From: Candidatus Woesebacteria bacterium GW2011_GWB1_39_12
GTDB taxonomy: Bacteria > Patescibacteriota > Microgenomatia > UBA8517
DNA length: 64,000 nucleotides
Reading direction: 5' to 3'
NCBI GenBank assembly: GCA_000993405.1
Contig: LBWB01000005.1
Span: 3,698-67,697 of the forward strand
In this document: positions 1 to 7,918 of the stretch, in pieces
Layout of the letters: each line of letters starts with the position of its first letter
How positions within the stretch are numbered: position 1 is the stretch's first letter
Made by a program: the position numbers and the translations under genes
The notes under the pieces: generated by a model
What the model saw: the letters and a program-made list of their open reading frames with translations, nothing else
What the model was told of the DNA's origin: nothing
Databases searched by the model: none

Positions 1-709
1 CACCATCCATGTTGATAGCGTCTCGGGCATTACAGGTTCGCATCATGTAAGCCAGTTCACGAAGGGTTACTCCCTCGCTATAGCCAGGTTGCCTTCCATC
101 AACCACAATAAGAATTAAGGTGTTGTTGCCTGTTAGGCCAACGCTTGTCCTGGGATGTAAATGTACACAATCTTGGGGTCTAGAAGGATTACAGGTAATA
201 TAATTTTGAGCTACTTCGCCAACTCTAACAATTCCGTTTGAACCGGATATTGCATCCCACAAAGGGTCCCCCCCTCTTCCCCAAAATCTGACTTCATTAG
301 CCTCCGAAATAAAAAAAGATGGTTCAGGAGAAGGATCCGAGTACTGGTCTCCTTGGGATGCGGCCAGCCCCGCTGGATCAGTAAGACTCCAGTGTAGATC
401 TCCATTAATGGCAACATCAGATCCATAAGTTGACAGAAAGGAAGAAGTGGTTCTGCCGAGCCCTTCTCTAGGCGTAACCATCAGGTCTATATTTGGATTA
501 TTTAAATCGATCTTAACAACGTACCAAGTTAGGGTTCTGGGTGAGCTGGCGGTAAATCTTCTGTAGGTTATCCCGTCAGAAATTTGTTGAAAGTCGACAT
601 TGCAGTTAAAATCAGGACCCGTTGATTGGGCTTTTGAGGTTTTGGGAAGGACAAATAGAGCAAAAACAATTAATAATAATGTAAACAACATTTTTTCGGT
701 TAGTTTCAT
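1..709 (-). CDS. Phosphodiester glycosidase family protein; N-terminal part, continues beyond window start
   Basis: Hand translation from the ATG at 709 gives an uninterrupted frame running off position 1. Signal peptide MKLTEKMLFTLLLIVFALFVLPKTSKA, then ...TSVGLTGNNTLILIVVDGRQPGYSEGVTLRELAYMMRTCNARDAINMDG. This is the typical core of the phosphodiester glycosidase (NAGPA-like) domain. It is missing from the ORF track only because it runs off the edge. Confidence 0.65.
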   Translation of the reverse strand, partial: MKLTEKMLFTLLLIVFALFVLPKTSKAQSTGPDFNCNVDFQQISDGITYRRFTASSPRTLTWYVVKIDLNNPNIDLMVTPREGLGRTTSSFLSTYGSDVAINGDLHWSLTDPAGLAASQGDQYSDPSPEPSFFISEANEVRFWGRGGDPLWDAISGSNGIVRVGEVAQNYITCNPSRPQDCVHLHPRTSVGLTGNNTLILIVVDGRQPGYSEGVTLRELAYMMRTCNARDAINMDG

Positions 710-710
710 A

Positions 711-1895
711 TTACCTTTCTAGTTCGTCCGGCACCAAAGTTTGTTGTAACAAATCAGATAGTTCAAACGATTCTTGCATATGGGCGAAAAACAGTTCAGC
801 CGGCCTTTGGTTTGAAAGAAAAACATTGGTTAAATAAAGACCCGGACTGATAATTTGATAAGGCGACGTCTGGGCTTCAACCTCGCCTTTCCGATCCTCA
901 GTAGAGGAAAAAGGAATGTAGGGGAAAAGTCTGCCAAGAGCCTGAGTTAATCTGACTCTTGTTCTTGAGGACGGATAACAAAAACGAGGATCTGTACCGG
1001 ATCCACAACCAACAATCTGGTTGTGTCTTTCAACACCCGCTCTTGATTGTTCAAAAAGCCTGTCGGTTATCTGACTATCCCAGGCAAGAAGTTTTTTTAG
1101 AGGACCCGAATAATCTACAATTTTTCTTATGCCCTCTTCTGTATTCGGATCAGGGGGGTCGTATTCGGCTCTTCCGTTAATACCATTTAAGTACCAGCTT
1201 ATATATTCATTTACTTTGGCGGGATTGTCCAGACTATCTGGCATGATCTCAGGAGGTTGTTCCTGACTGTTAACTACAAGCTCGGTATTCCCCATAATGG
1301 GTAGATATGCTTCCTGCAAGTCGATAGCGATATTTTTTTGTCTGTTTATGCTGAAACGACATGTTTCTCTATAGAAACCGTCTGGGCTGGCTCCGAAATT
1401 TATAGTGCAGTCTGCGCTGATTGGATTTCCTTCGAAGGTAAGGGTTGTGGCGGCTCCGGTCTCATAAAGATGCTCAGCAATAATCTCTAGTCTGTCGTAG
1501 ACCAAAAGATCGTTTCCGCAGAAAAGAGCTATATCAGCAACGTTTTGGTTGCAAGGGCTTGCTTGGTAGGGTCTCAGAGAATGAAATTCTGTCGGGCGGA
1601 CCTGGTTGCAGGGTACATAAGGAGGGGGGATTGGACCCCGGGTTGGAGTAGGTGTATTAGTAACAGTAGGTATTGGGGTATTTGTGGGTCCGTCGTCACC
1701 AGCTGCATGGCAAAAACAGTCTCCTGTCCTTTCATCTACTCCGCAGACTTGATTACTTCTGCAACTATCATCAAAACGATGGCAGGGAGGACTATTGCCT
1801 TCACACTCTTGTGCCTTAATGTTCTTCGTTAATATTAAAAAGTTGAGGGCAAAAATAGATGTAACTAAAAGTGTTTTAACAATCCTTATGGGCAT
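711..1895 (-). CDS. Secreted hypothetical protein: signal peptide, Cys-rich N-terminal module, Pro/Thr-rich linker, ~300-aa C-terminal domain of unknown function
   Basis: ORF 711..1955. The likely start is the internal ATG at 1895 (MPIRIVKTLLVTSIFALNFLILTKNIKAQ reads as a signal peptide). Cys-rich segment ECEGNSPPCHRFDDSCRSNQVCGVDERTGDCFCH, then linker TNTPIPTVTNTPTPTRGPIPPP. Confidence 0.55.
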   Translation of the reverse strand: MPIRIVKTLLVTSIFALNFLILTKNIKAQECEGNSPPCHRFDDSCRSNQVCGVDERTGDCFCHAAGDDGPTNTPIPTVTNTPTPTRGPIPPPYVPCNQVRPTEFHSLRPYQASPCNQNVADIALFCGNDLLVYDRLEIIAEHLYETGAATTLTFEGNPISADCTINFGASPDGFYRETCRFSINRQKNIAIDLQEAYLPIMGNTELVVNSQEQPPEIMPDSLDNPAKVNEYISWYLNGINGRAEYDPPDPNTEEGIRKIVDYSGPLKKLLAWDSQITDRLFEQSRAGVERHNQIVGCGSGTDPRFCYPSSRTRVRLTQALGRLFPYIPFSSTEDRKGEVEAQTSPYQIISPGLYLTNVFLSNQRPAELFFAHMQESFELSDLLQQTLVPDELER

Positions 1896-1941
1896 GATCC
1901 AGTTTAGCATAATTGCTTTTGACGTGGATAGAAGAACGAAC

Positions 1942-2223
1942 TTAGGGTGGAACAATACGAAAGTTGGTGACGTCGGCTCCGGTAAAAACTCCGATGAAGC
2001 GTAGAATTAGGTAGCTTAGGGCAACGAGTGCTATGCCACCTATTGCATAAGTCAATGTTTTTTTAGCAGATTCCAGGCTTTTGGGGTCACCTCCAGAAGT
2101 GATAAATTTGAAGCCTCCCAGTAAAAGCATGATAAAAAGAAGTATTCCGGCTAGACCCAAAAGAGCCGCAATCACTCTTTCAAACATCCCCTCGAAGCTT
2201 TGTAAAGTGGCAGGTTCGCCCAT
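1942..2223 (-). CDS. Pilin-like small membrane protein, TrbC/VirB2-like 'T4SS pilin' family; paralog 1 of 8
   Basis: 93 aa, two TM segments flanking the motif FITSGGDPKSLESAKKTL...AIGGIALV. The motif is shared by all eight tandem paralogs. Confidence 0.6.
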   Translation of the reverse strand: MGEPATLQSFEGMFERVIAALLGLAGILLFIMLLLGGFKFITSGGDPKSLESAKKTLTYAIGGIALVALSYLILRFIGVFTGADVTNFRIVPP

Positions 2224-2337
2224 AAGTTTTTATATACTTACAGTTTAGCGAAGAATTTGTATAAGGGCAATAAGGACTGTTCTTTCATTAAAAAACCCCG
2301 ACAAGCGGGGTTTACTCCAAATTAGTATTACTTTCTA

Positions 2338-2682
2338 TTATGGTGCCTGAGCATTCGGAATATTAAGAGAAAGTATATTGATTCCGAAGAACAAGTTTAC
2401 AAGATTGATTATTGCCCACGCTGCAAAAACTATAACTAGACCGATTAGAGCTGCTGTAATTTGACCTCGTGCTGCTTCTGTTTGTCCTTTGTCTCCACCG
2501 GAGGTGATGTATCTTATTCCTCCCCAAACTAGCATGAAGAAGAAGATAAGGGCTGCAATAACCAGGACAAGAACAATTAAAGCAGAGATAATATTTGCAA
2601 TCGTAATGTCATTGAGTCCTGCAAATTGCCCTCCAGGAGTAATGTTTATTGCTTGAGCGTAGACCGGTGAAAGTAATGTCAT
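2338..2682 (-). CDS. Pilin-like small membrane protein (TrbC/VirB2-like), paralog 2
   Basis: 114 aa. YITSGGDKGQTEAARGQITAALIGLVIV between hydrophobic segments. Confidence 0.6.
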   Translation of the reverse strand: MTLLSPVYAQAINITPGGQFAGLNDITIANIISALIVLVLVIAALIFFFMLVWGGIRYITSGGDKGQTEAARGQITAALIGLVIVFAAWAIINLVNLFFGINILSLNIPNAQAP

Positions 2683-2767
2683 GTTGATGTTTTTATTATG
2701 TGATTATTCAAAATCCTTTGTCAAGTACCAGTTTTGAAATCAAATACTTGTTTAATCAATTTATACT

Positions 2768-3373
2768 TCAGGGATTCCTGCATTCCCAACCAGGATCCCT
2801 GCATGTCAGTGTTCCACACTCACCGCCTACTGAAACCCAGCCTCCTGAAGTACATCTGTAACAACCACCCGCAAAAGTGCGTCTTCCCACACTGTCTGTG
2901 ACTGCATAATATCCAGAACACGAACCGCCACATGGACAAGCGGTGTTACCTCCAGACGGAGCAGATCCGCCATCTCCACCTCCGTCCCCACCCCCACCTT
3001 GTGGACAAATTAGTGTTGACGCAAAGCCTATATCAAACGCCCCGATTCTTACTCGCCTCAGACCTATTCCGAAAAAGCACTCGACCAGGTTAAGAATGGC
3101 GAAAAAGGCAAGAAGTATGATAACTCCGACAAGTGCGCTTGTTATACGGCTCCTTGCTTGCTCCAAGCGCATTTTGTCTCCACCAGAGGTTATCCATTGT
3201 ATTGCACCAACAATTAGTATAAATACGAAAACAATTGCGCCTATTACAAATCCGAGGCCGATTAATGCGGGAATGAGTCTGCCAAGAAATTCAGCACCAC
3301 TGGTAAATCCAAGGTCTATGGCCGGATTTCTGATGTTTTGGGCAAGTAATTGTTGTGAAATTAATGGATTCAT
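2768..3373 (-). CDS. Pilin-like protein with a C-terminal Gly/Cys-rich extracellular extension, paralog 3
   Basis: 201 aa. WITSGGDKMRLEQARSRITSALVGVIILL core, then GGGGDGGGDGG...CPCGGSCSGYY...CYRCTSGG...CGTLTCRDPGWEC. Confidence 0.6.
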   Translation of the reverse strand: MNPLISQQLLAQNIRNPAIDLGFTSGAEFLGRLIPALIGLGFVIGAIVFVFILIVGAIQWITSGGDKMRLEQARSRITSALVGVIILLAFFAILNLVECFFGIGLRRVRIGAFDIGFASTLICPQGGGGDGGGDGGSAPSGGNTACPCGGSCSGYYAVTDSVGRRTFAGGCYRCTSGGWVSVGGECGTLTCRDPGWECRNP

Positions 3374-3393
3374 AACACAAATTATCTAAAAAG

Positions 3394-3873
3394 CTATTGA
3401 CAGATACCAGCGAAACAACCTTCGGCTGGAGAATTACAACAGACATCTCCTACGCCACAACTTCCACCGCTTATTATGCATCCAGGGGGACCAATAGGAC
3501 TTCCACCGGCTCCAAGTCTTATTCTTTGAATCATTTCCCCGATGTCTAAAATATTATTTATTCCCAATAAAGTCGTAATCAGATCCATTATAAACATGGC
3601 TGCTATGACGACGACTAACCCGATGACGCCTGTTGTAATCTTTCTTCTTGCATCCTCAAAAGCCCCCTTGTCTCCGCCGGAACCAATTATGCCTATTGCT
3701 CCTGTTATGAGTATGAACATGAAGTAGATTGCTGCGATTACGGTCATTAGACCAATCGTTGTTGATAGCACGTCGGCTAAAAGCCGGACGGCGTTACTCC
3801 CGATGCCGATATTTCCTATTCCCGTTAAGGGGCCTCCGACAGGGTTTGATCTTTGAGCTAAAAGATTTCTCAT
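3394..3873 (-). CDS. Pilin-like protein with a C-terminal Cys-rich tail, paralog 4
   Basis: 159 aa. IIGSGGDKGAFEDARRKITTGVIGLVVV core. C-terminus GCIISGGSCGVGDVCCNSPAEGCFAGICQ. Confidence 0.6.
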   Translation of the reverse strand: MRNLLAQRSNPVGGPLTGIGNIGIGSNAVRLLADVLSTTIGLMTVIAAIYFMFILITGAIGIIGSGGDKGAFEDARRKITTGVIGLVVVIAAMFIMDLITTLLGINNILDIGEMIQRIRLGAGGSPIGPPGCIISGGSCGVGDVCCNSPAEGCFAGICQ

Positions 3874-4217
3874 TGTGGTGAAAAGAATTGGAGTTGCAAT
3901 ATTGCGTTCGCATCGCCGAAAAGAATTTGTCCTACAATTCCGGCAATAACAAAAGCACCAGCAGCTATGACCAATCCTATTATGCTTTGAGTAATTTTTG
4001 CGGTCGCATCCGCAATTCTTTTGGGATCTCCGCCTGCGGATAAATATGCGTAGCCCGCCATGATCAAATTAAAAACGGTAAATATTCCTGCTCCGACAAT
4101 GAGAGTTCTTAGAATTATGTTTAAAAGTATTTGCAGCCCTGAAATGCTCCCGCTATTGAAGCGACTGAGAAATTGAGGCGGACTGACAGTACCCCATCTA
4201 TTTTGTGCTATATTCAT
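3870..4217 (-). CDS. Pilin-like small membrane protein, paralog 5
   Basis: 115 aa. YLSAGGDPKRIADATAKITQSIIGLVIA. Overlaps the stop of the upstream gene by 4 nt, which suggests an operon. Confidence 0.55.
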   Translation of the reverse strand: MNIAQNRWGTVSPPQFLSRFNSGSISGLQILLNIILRTLIVGAGIFTVFNLIMAGYAYLSAGGDPKRIADATAKITQSIIGLVIAAGAFVIAGIVGQILFGDANAILQLQFFSPQ

Positions 4218-4230
4218 ATTTAGATTTAAT

Positions 4231-4551
4231 CTAACCCAATATAGTTATTCCTAAAGTAGCCTCTATAAATCTGACTATTAAAAATGCCGCTACAACTAGT
4301 ATAAATCCAATTATCCCGGCTGTCATTATCTGCATTGCCTGCTGTTGTTTTTGGGGATTGCCGGCGCCTGTTATCATCTGAAATCCTGCAAAAATAAAAA
4401 GGAAAAGAAGAATTACGCCGGCAACAACTATAGCGTTTGAGGCAATTATTGAGACGAGTTGTCCAAGATCGGTAATTTCGGTAAGAAAACCTCCCCCACC
4501 AAGTCTTCCGAAAAAAACATCTCCTATATTAAAAGCTAAATTTGAGTTCAT
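4231..4551 (-). CDS. Pilin-like small membrane protein, paralog 6
   Basis: 106 aa. MITGAGNPQKQQQAMQIMTAGIIGFILV. Confidence 0.55.
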   Translation of the reverse strand: MNSNLAFNIGDVFFGRLGGGGFLTEITDLGQLVSIIASNAIVVAGVILLFLFIFAGFQMITGAGNPQKQQQAMQIMTAGIIGFILVVAAFLIVRFIEATLGITILG

Positions 4552-4877
4552 GTCGAGCCGAAAATGTTTAAAATAGGATCCAAACTAAAAATCCTGGCTA
4601 TGAGTCTGACCACCCAATAGGCCGTAAACATAATCAAAAAACCGACAACCGCATAAGTAATTTTTTGTTGACCAGATGCAACTGCCTTAGGGTCCCCCTG
4701 AGAGGTAAGTATTTGAAATCCGCCCAAAATTACGTAAATTAAAATTAGAAAACCCGCTATTCCGAAAATATAGGGAATTAGTCGGTAAATTATATGGCCT
4801 ATCGAAAAAGGACTACCACCTCCCGGAGCCAGTTCCGGTAGGGTAACTCTTATTAATTCGCGAAAATCTATTGGCAT
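4548..4877 (-). CDS. Pilin-like small membrane protein, paralog 7
   Basis: 109 aa. ILTSQGDPKAVASGQQKITYAVVGFLIM. Confidence 0.55.
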   Translation of the reverse strand: MPIDFRELIRVTLPELAPGGGSPFSIGHIIYRLIPYIFGIAGFLILIYVILGGFQILTSQGDPKAVASGQQKITYAVVGFLIMFTAYWVVRLIARIFSLDPILNIFGST

Positions 4878-5902
4878 TATTGATTTCCAAATCCCGGAAT
4901 TTGTAGAATTTGGACTCCGATAAATCTTAACAAATAGGCTCCGAAGAGAAGTAAAACTAATCCCATGATGGCCGCAGTCAGTAGTTCCTTGCCGGCCTGA
5001 ACCCTTTGAGGATTCCCGGCTGAGGTAATAATCAAAAAGCCCGCATAAATCATTAAGACGAATGCAATGCCTCCCGCAAGCCCCATTCCCCAGCGAAGAA
5101 GGAAACTAGTAAAACCCTGGGTGTCTTCAACAGGAATACAACCTACTGCAGTACAGATACCCCCGAGGTTAGAATTTGTCGAACCAGTACAAGCGCCAGA
5201 ATCCACGGGATCACAGAAAATTGCTAGATTAGACCCCCCAATTGATGCTTGTGCGGCTTGACAGATTCTGGGTGTTCCTGGGCCGCTTGCGCGACAGTAC
5301 CCGCAGGCACTATCACAGTCTTCGTGTTCAAGACAAGGTTGTCCACAAGCCACACCACCTGGTGGGTTATTATTGACTACACATTGACATTCTAATGGGC
5401 CTCTTCCTCCACCTCTTACATCTTGTACACAAGGACTCCCACAGCCTCCCCTATAAATAAGTTCAGTACAACTCATCCAGTCAGTTGGACACCCAGCGTT
5501 TGTTGGTGGAATGCAGCAATTGCCTACTGTATCGCTTGTAGTTCTGCAGATTGTTGGAGTACCTCCTTCATCTTCGCATAAGGTGCCTGATCCGTAACTT
5601 CTACAATCTCCTCCACTCGGACACGGTTCTGCTGTAAGGATACAAGGATTGTTGACATCTGCTCTACACTCATCAGCATCCTCATCAACATTTCCGCTGT
5701 GAGTTGCGCAGACAGAGTCGTCGACGCCATACCCAGTTCCACAAGTATCGGTGTTTTCATTGGGCTGGCAACGTTGTGAAACCGGTCCTACCGGTACTGG
5801 AACGCAGTCGAATGTTTGGGCAAAGGCTTTTTGTGGTTTTAAAAAGGCAAAAACAAATAATACTAAACTAAAAGCAATAGCTATAGATAAAATCCTTTTC
5901 AT
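4877..5902 (-). CDS. Secreted Cys-rich protein with a C-terminal pilin-like domain, paralog 8
   Basis: ORF 4877..6001. The likely start is the ATG at 5902 (signal peptide MKRILSIAIAFSLVLFVFAFLKPQKAFA). About 230 aa with more than 30 Cys (CVPVPVGPVSQRCQPNEN...CQCVVNNNPPGGVACGQPCLEHEDCDSACGYC). C-terminus IITSAGNPQRVQAGKELLTAAIMGLVLL. Confidence 0.6.
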   Translation of the reverse strand: MKRILSIAIAFSLVLFVFAFLKPQKAFAQTFDCVPVPVGPVSQRCQPNENTDTCGTGYGVDDSVCATHSGNVDEDADECRADVNNPCILTAEPCPSGGDCRSYGSGTLCEDEGGTPTICRTTSDTVGNCCIPPTNAGCPTDWMSCTELIYRGGCGSPCVQDVRGGGRGPLECQCVVNNNPPGGVACGQPCLEHEDCDSACGYCRASGPGTPRICQAAQASIGGSNLAIFCDPVDSGACTGSTNSNLGGICTAVGCIPVEDTQGFTSFLLRWGMGLAGGIAFVLMIYAGFLIITSAGNPQRVQAGKELLTAAIMGLVLLLFGAYLLRFIGVQILQIPGFGNQ

Positions 5903-5974
5903 TAATTTTAGTCTAGCACAAAAACTATTTGTCAAAAAGTCTATGCCGACTTTGCTGGTATAATTAAAAACAAC

Positions 5975-7723
5975 ATGAGTAGAACAAAGAACAAAGAACA
6001 AAGAACAAAGACAACATTCTTTAATTTGTTTTTATATTTTCTCTTTTTGTTATTTTTTTTACTAATCACTAGTCACTATTCACTATTCACTGTCTCCGCC
6101 GAACCCAACTGTGATTCTCCCGGACCCGGGGACATTGACTTTTGTTTACAAAAGATCGAGCAGGAGATAAATGCATTAAAGCCGGCCCAGGAATACAACA
6201 AAAAAGAACTTTCGGATTTGAGGATACAAATTGCTGGTTTAGAAAAGAGAATTGTCGGACTTTCAAACCAACTCGAGGTGACCCAAAAAGATATAGAAAA
6301 AAGAGAGGAAGACCTGGCCTATGCAGAGGAAATTTTTGTCGAAAAAACAAAAAATCATTATAAGTTTTTAAGAATTTATGATCCTCTTTTGCCCTTCCTA
6401 TCCTCAAGCGATGCTTCTTCCGCTTTCAGAGAAATAGCTTTTCGCCAAAAAGCAGCCAAAGAGGATATTAAAACAATGGAAAAGTATGGAGAGGATCTTC
6501 TGGGCCTAAAAAATGACAAGGCAAATCTGGAGAAAAATAAGACAAACCTTTCAACGCTTCGCTCGCAAGTCAGTCAAAGGGCTCAGTTTCTGGCAGGAGA
6601 AGTTGAAAAGACGGAAAAATATTTAGCAACCTTGTCTGCAAAGCAGGAAGAGCTTTTGGCTCTTAAAGCCGGAGGTTTTCAGACTTCTGTCGGAGATACT
6701 CCTCCTACATTGGAACCCTGTTCGGGTCCTCCCGGATCATCTAATTTCTGCGACCCGGGCGTAAGGCCGGCTTTTGCTGCATTTTCTTTCGGAGCCCCCC
6801 ACAGAACCGGAATGAGTCAGTACGGAGCTTTTGGGCGAGCAAAACAAGGTCAGTCGGCAGAAGCCATTTTATCCGCCTATTATCAAGGGGCCGAACTTAA
6901 TAAAGGATATCCGGTTCCGGCTACAATCGGAGTTTCCGGCTACGGAAGAGTCTCTTTTGAAGACAATTATCTTTTGGGAATTTATGAGGTTCCAGAAAGG
7001 TGGGGAAATGAAGGTGGTTTTGAAGCCTTGAAAGCTCAAGCTGTTGCGGCAAGAAGCTATGCATTGGCAGTAACCAATAATGGAGCCGGTACAATCTGCA
7101 CAACCGAAGCTTGTCAGGTTTACAAACCACAATTGAAAAGCGGCAAATGGGCAGAAGCCGTCCGTGCAACGCGTGGTTGGGTAATGATGAAAGGGGGTGT
7201 GCCCGCAACAACTTATTACGCATCAACTTCGGGCGGTTTTACTATTTCGCAGTGGGGCTGGTCCGGCATAAAAGACGCAAAAGATGGCGATTGGCCGAAT
7301 GCCTCTTATGAGAAAATCTCAGCTTCTCCATGGTTTTACAAAGCCTGGTACAGGAATCGTGCGGGGGCTACATGCGGTAGGAGTAACCCATGGTTAAAAA
7401 GCGAAGAACTGGCAGATATCATAAACGCTTGGCAAGTTTTGTATAAAGGAGGAGGCGACGTTTCGCGTGTTTCTCCTCTTGATACAAGCTGTTGGAACGG
7501 AAACCCGTATTCAATGGGCGAACTTGCGGGGGTTGGAGGATATAATTCGGTTTCAAGTGTTTCGGTTACTTATTCAAACTCAGGTTCAACCCAGAGCTTA
7601 AATTTTTCCACGAACAAGGGATCCGTCAGTATGTCCGGTGAGGAATTTAAAAAGGCGTTTAATTTAAGAGCCCCAGGATATATTGGATTAAAAAGTAGTT
7701 TGTTTAATATAGAGAAGCTCTAA
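5975..7723 (+). CDS. SpoIID/LytB-domain protein with an N-terminal TM segment and a coiled-coil region
   Basis: 582 aa. Central coiled coil. C-terminal FEALKAQAVAARSYALAV...TTEACQVY matches the SpoIID/LytB amidase-enhancer domain. The N-terminus is encoded by a gaacaaa x4 heptamer repeat. Confidence 0.7.
   Translation: MSRTKNKEQRTKTTFFNLFLYFLFLLFFLLITSHYSLFTVSAEPNCDSPGPGDIDFCLQKIEQEINALKPAQEYNKKELSDLRIQIAGLEKRIVGLSNQLEVTQKDIEKREEDLAYAEEIFVEKTKNHYKFLRIYDPLLPFLSSSDASSAFREIAFRQKAAKEDIKTMEKYGEDLLGLKNDKANLEKNKTNLSTLRSQVSQRAQFLAGEVEKTEKYLATLSAKQEELLALKAGGFQTSVGDTPPTLEPCSGPPGSSNFCDPGVRPAFAAFSFGAPHRTGMSQYGAFGRAKQGQSAEAILSAYYQGAELNKGYPVPATIGVSGYGRVSFEDNYLLGIYEVPERWGNEGGFEALKAQAVAARSYALAVTNNGAGTICTTEACQVYKPQLKSGKWAEAVRATRGWVMMKGGVPATTYYASTSGGFTISQWGWSGIKDAKDGDWPNASYEKISASPWFYKAWYRNRAGATCGRSNPWLKSEELADIINAWQVLYKGGGDVSRVSPLDTSCWNGNPYSMGELAGVGGYNSVSSVSVTYSNSGSTQSLNFSTNKGSVSMSGEEFKKAFNLRAPGYIGLKSSLFNIEKL
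5982..6093. repeat. Two degenerate heptamer tandem arrays: (gaacaaa)x4 at 5982-6009 and (tcactNt)x4 at 6066-6093
   Basis: Read directly from the sequence. Both lie in the 5' end of the CDS starting at 5975. Confidence 0.8.
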
Positions 7724-7890
7724 AGAGCTGAAATCCTAAGTACTAAATTCGAAATCCTAAACAATATTTAAAAAAATAACCAATTTATATTCATAAATTG
7801 TCAAATTTTCAAATTCTCAAAACGTTAAGGATTTTGTATTTAAGTAATTTGGATTTGTTTAGAGTTTAGAAATTGGGATTTAGTATTTGT

Positions 7891-7916
7891 CAACTCAAAT
7901 GTTATAATTTGAGTTG
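7891..7916 (+). promoter_or_regulatory. Perfect 9-bp inverted repeat (caactcaaa/tttgagttg) flanking a TATAAT box, 2 nt upstream of the ATG of the 7919 gene
   Basis: caactcaaatgttataatttgagttg. TATAAT lies at 7903-7908. The nearby TTGTCA at 7887-7892 gives only a 10-nt spacer, so the -35 assignment is uncertain. Candidate operator/promoter with a very short or leaderless 5' UTR. Confidence 0.35.
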
Positions 7917-7918
7917 AG

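Noticed and set aside
211-426. 71-aa minus-strand ORF from the track
   Set aside because: It lies inside, and out of frame with, the continuous phosphodiester glycosidase reading frame (1..709, minus). It has no start context and low-complexity composition, so it is likely spurious.
2943-3389. 148-aa plus-strand ORF, and other antisense ORFs inside the pilin array (3542..3727, 5067..5261, 5524..5760, 5751..5963)
   Set aside because: They are antisense to well-supported pilin-like genes. Their Pro/Ala-rich low-complexity translations are typical of reverse-frame artifacts in GC-rich Cys/Gly-coding stretches.
5982-6093. Heptamer repeat arrays as CRISPR arrays
   Set aside because: Units are 6-7 nt and contiguous with no spacers. 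No cas genes are present.
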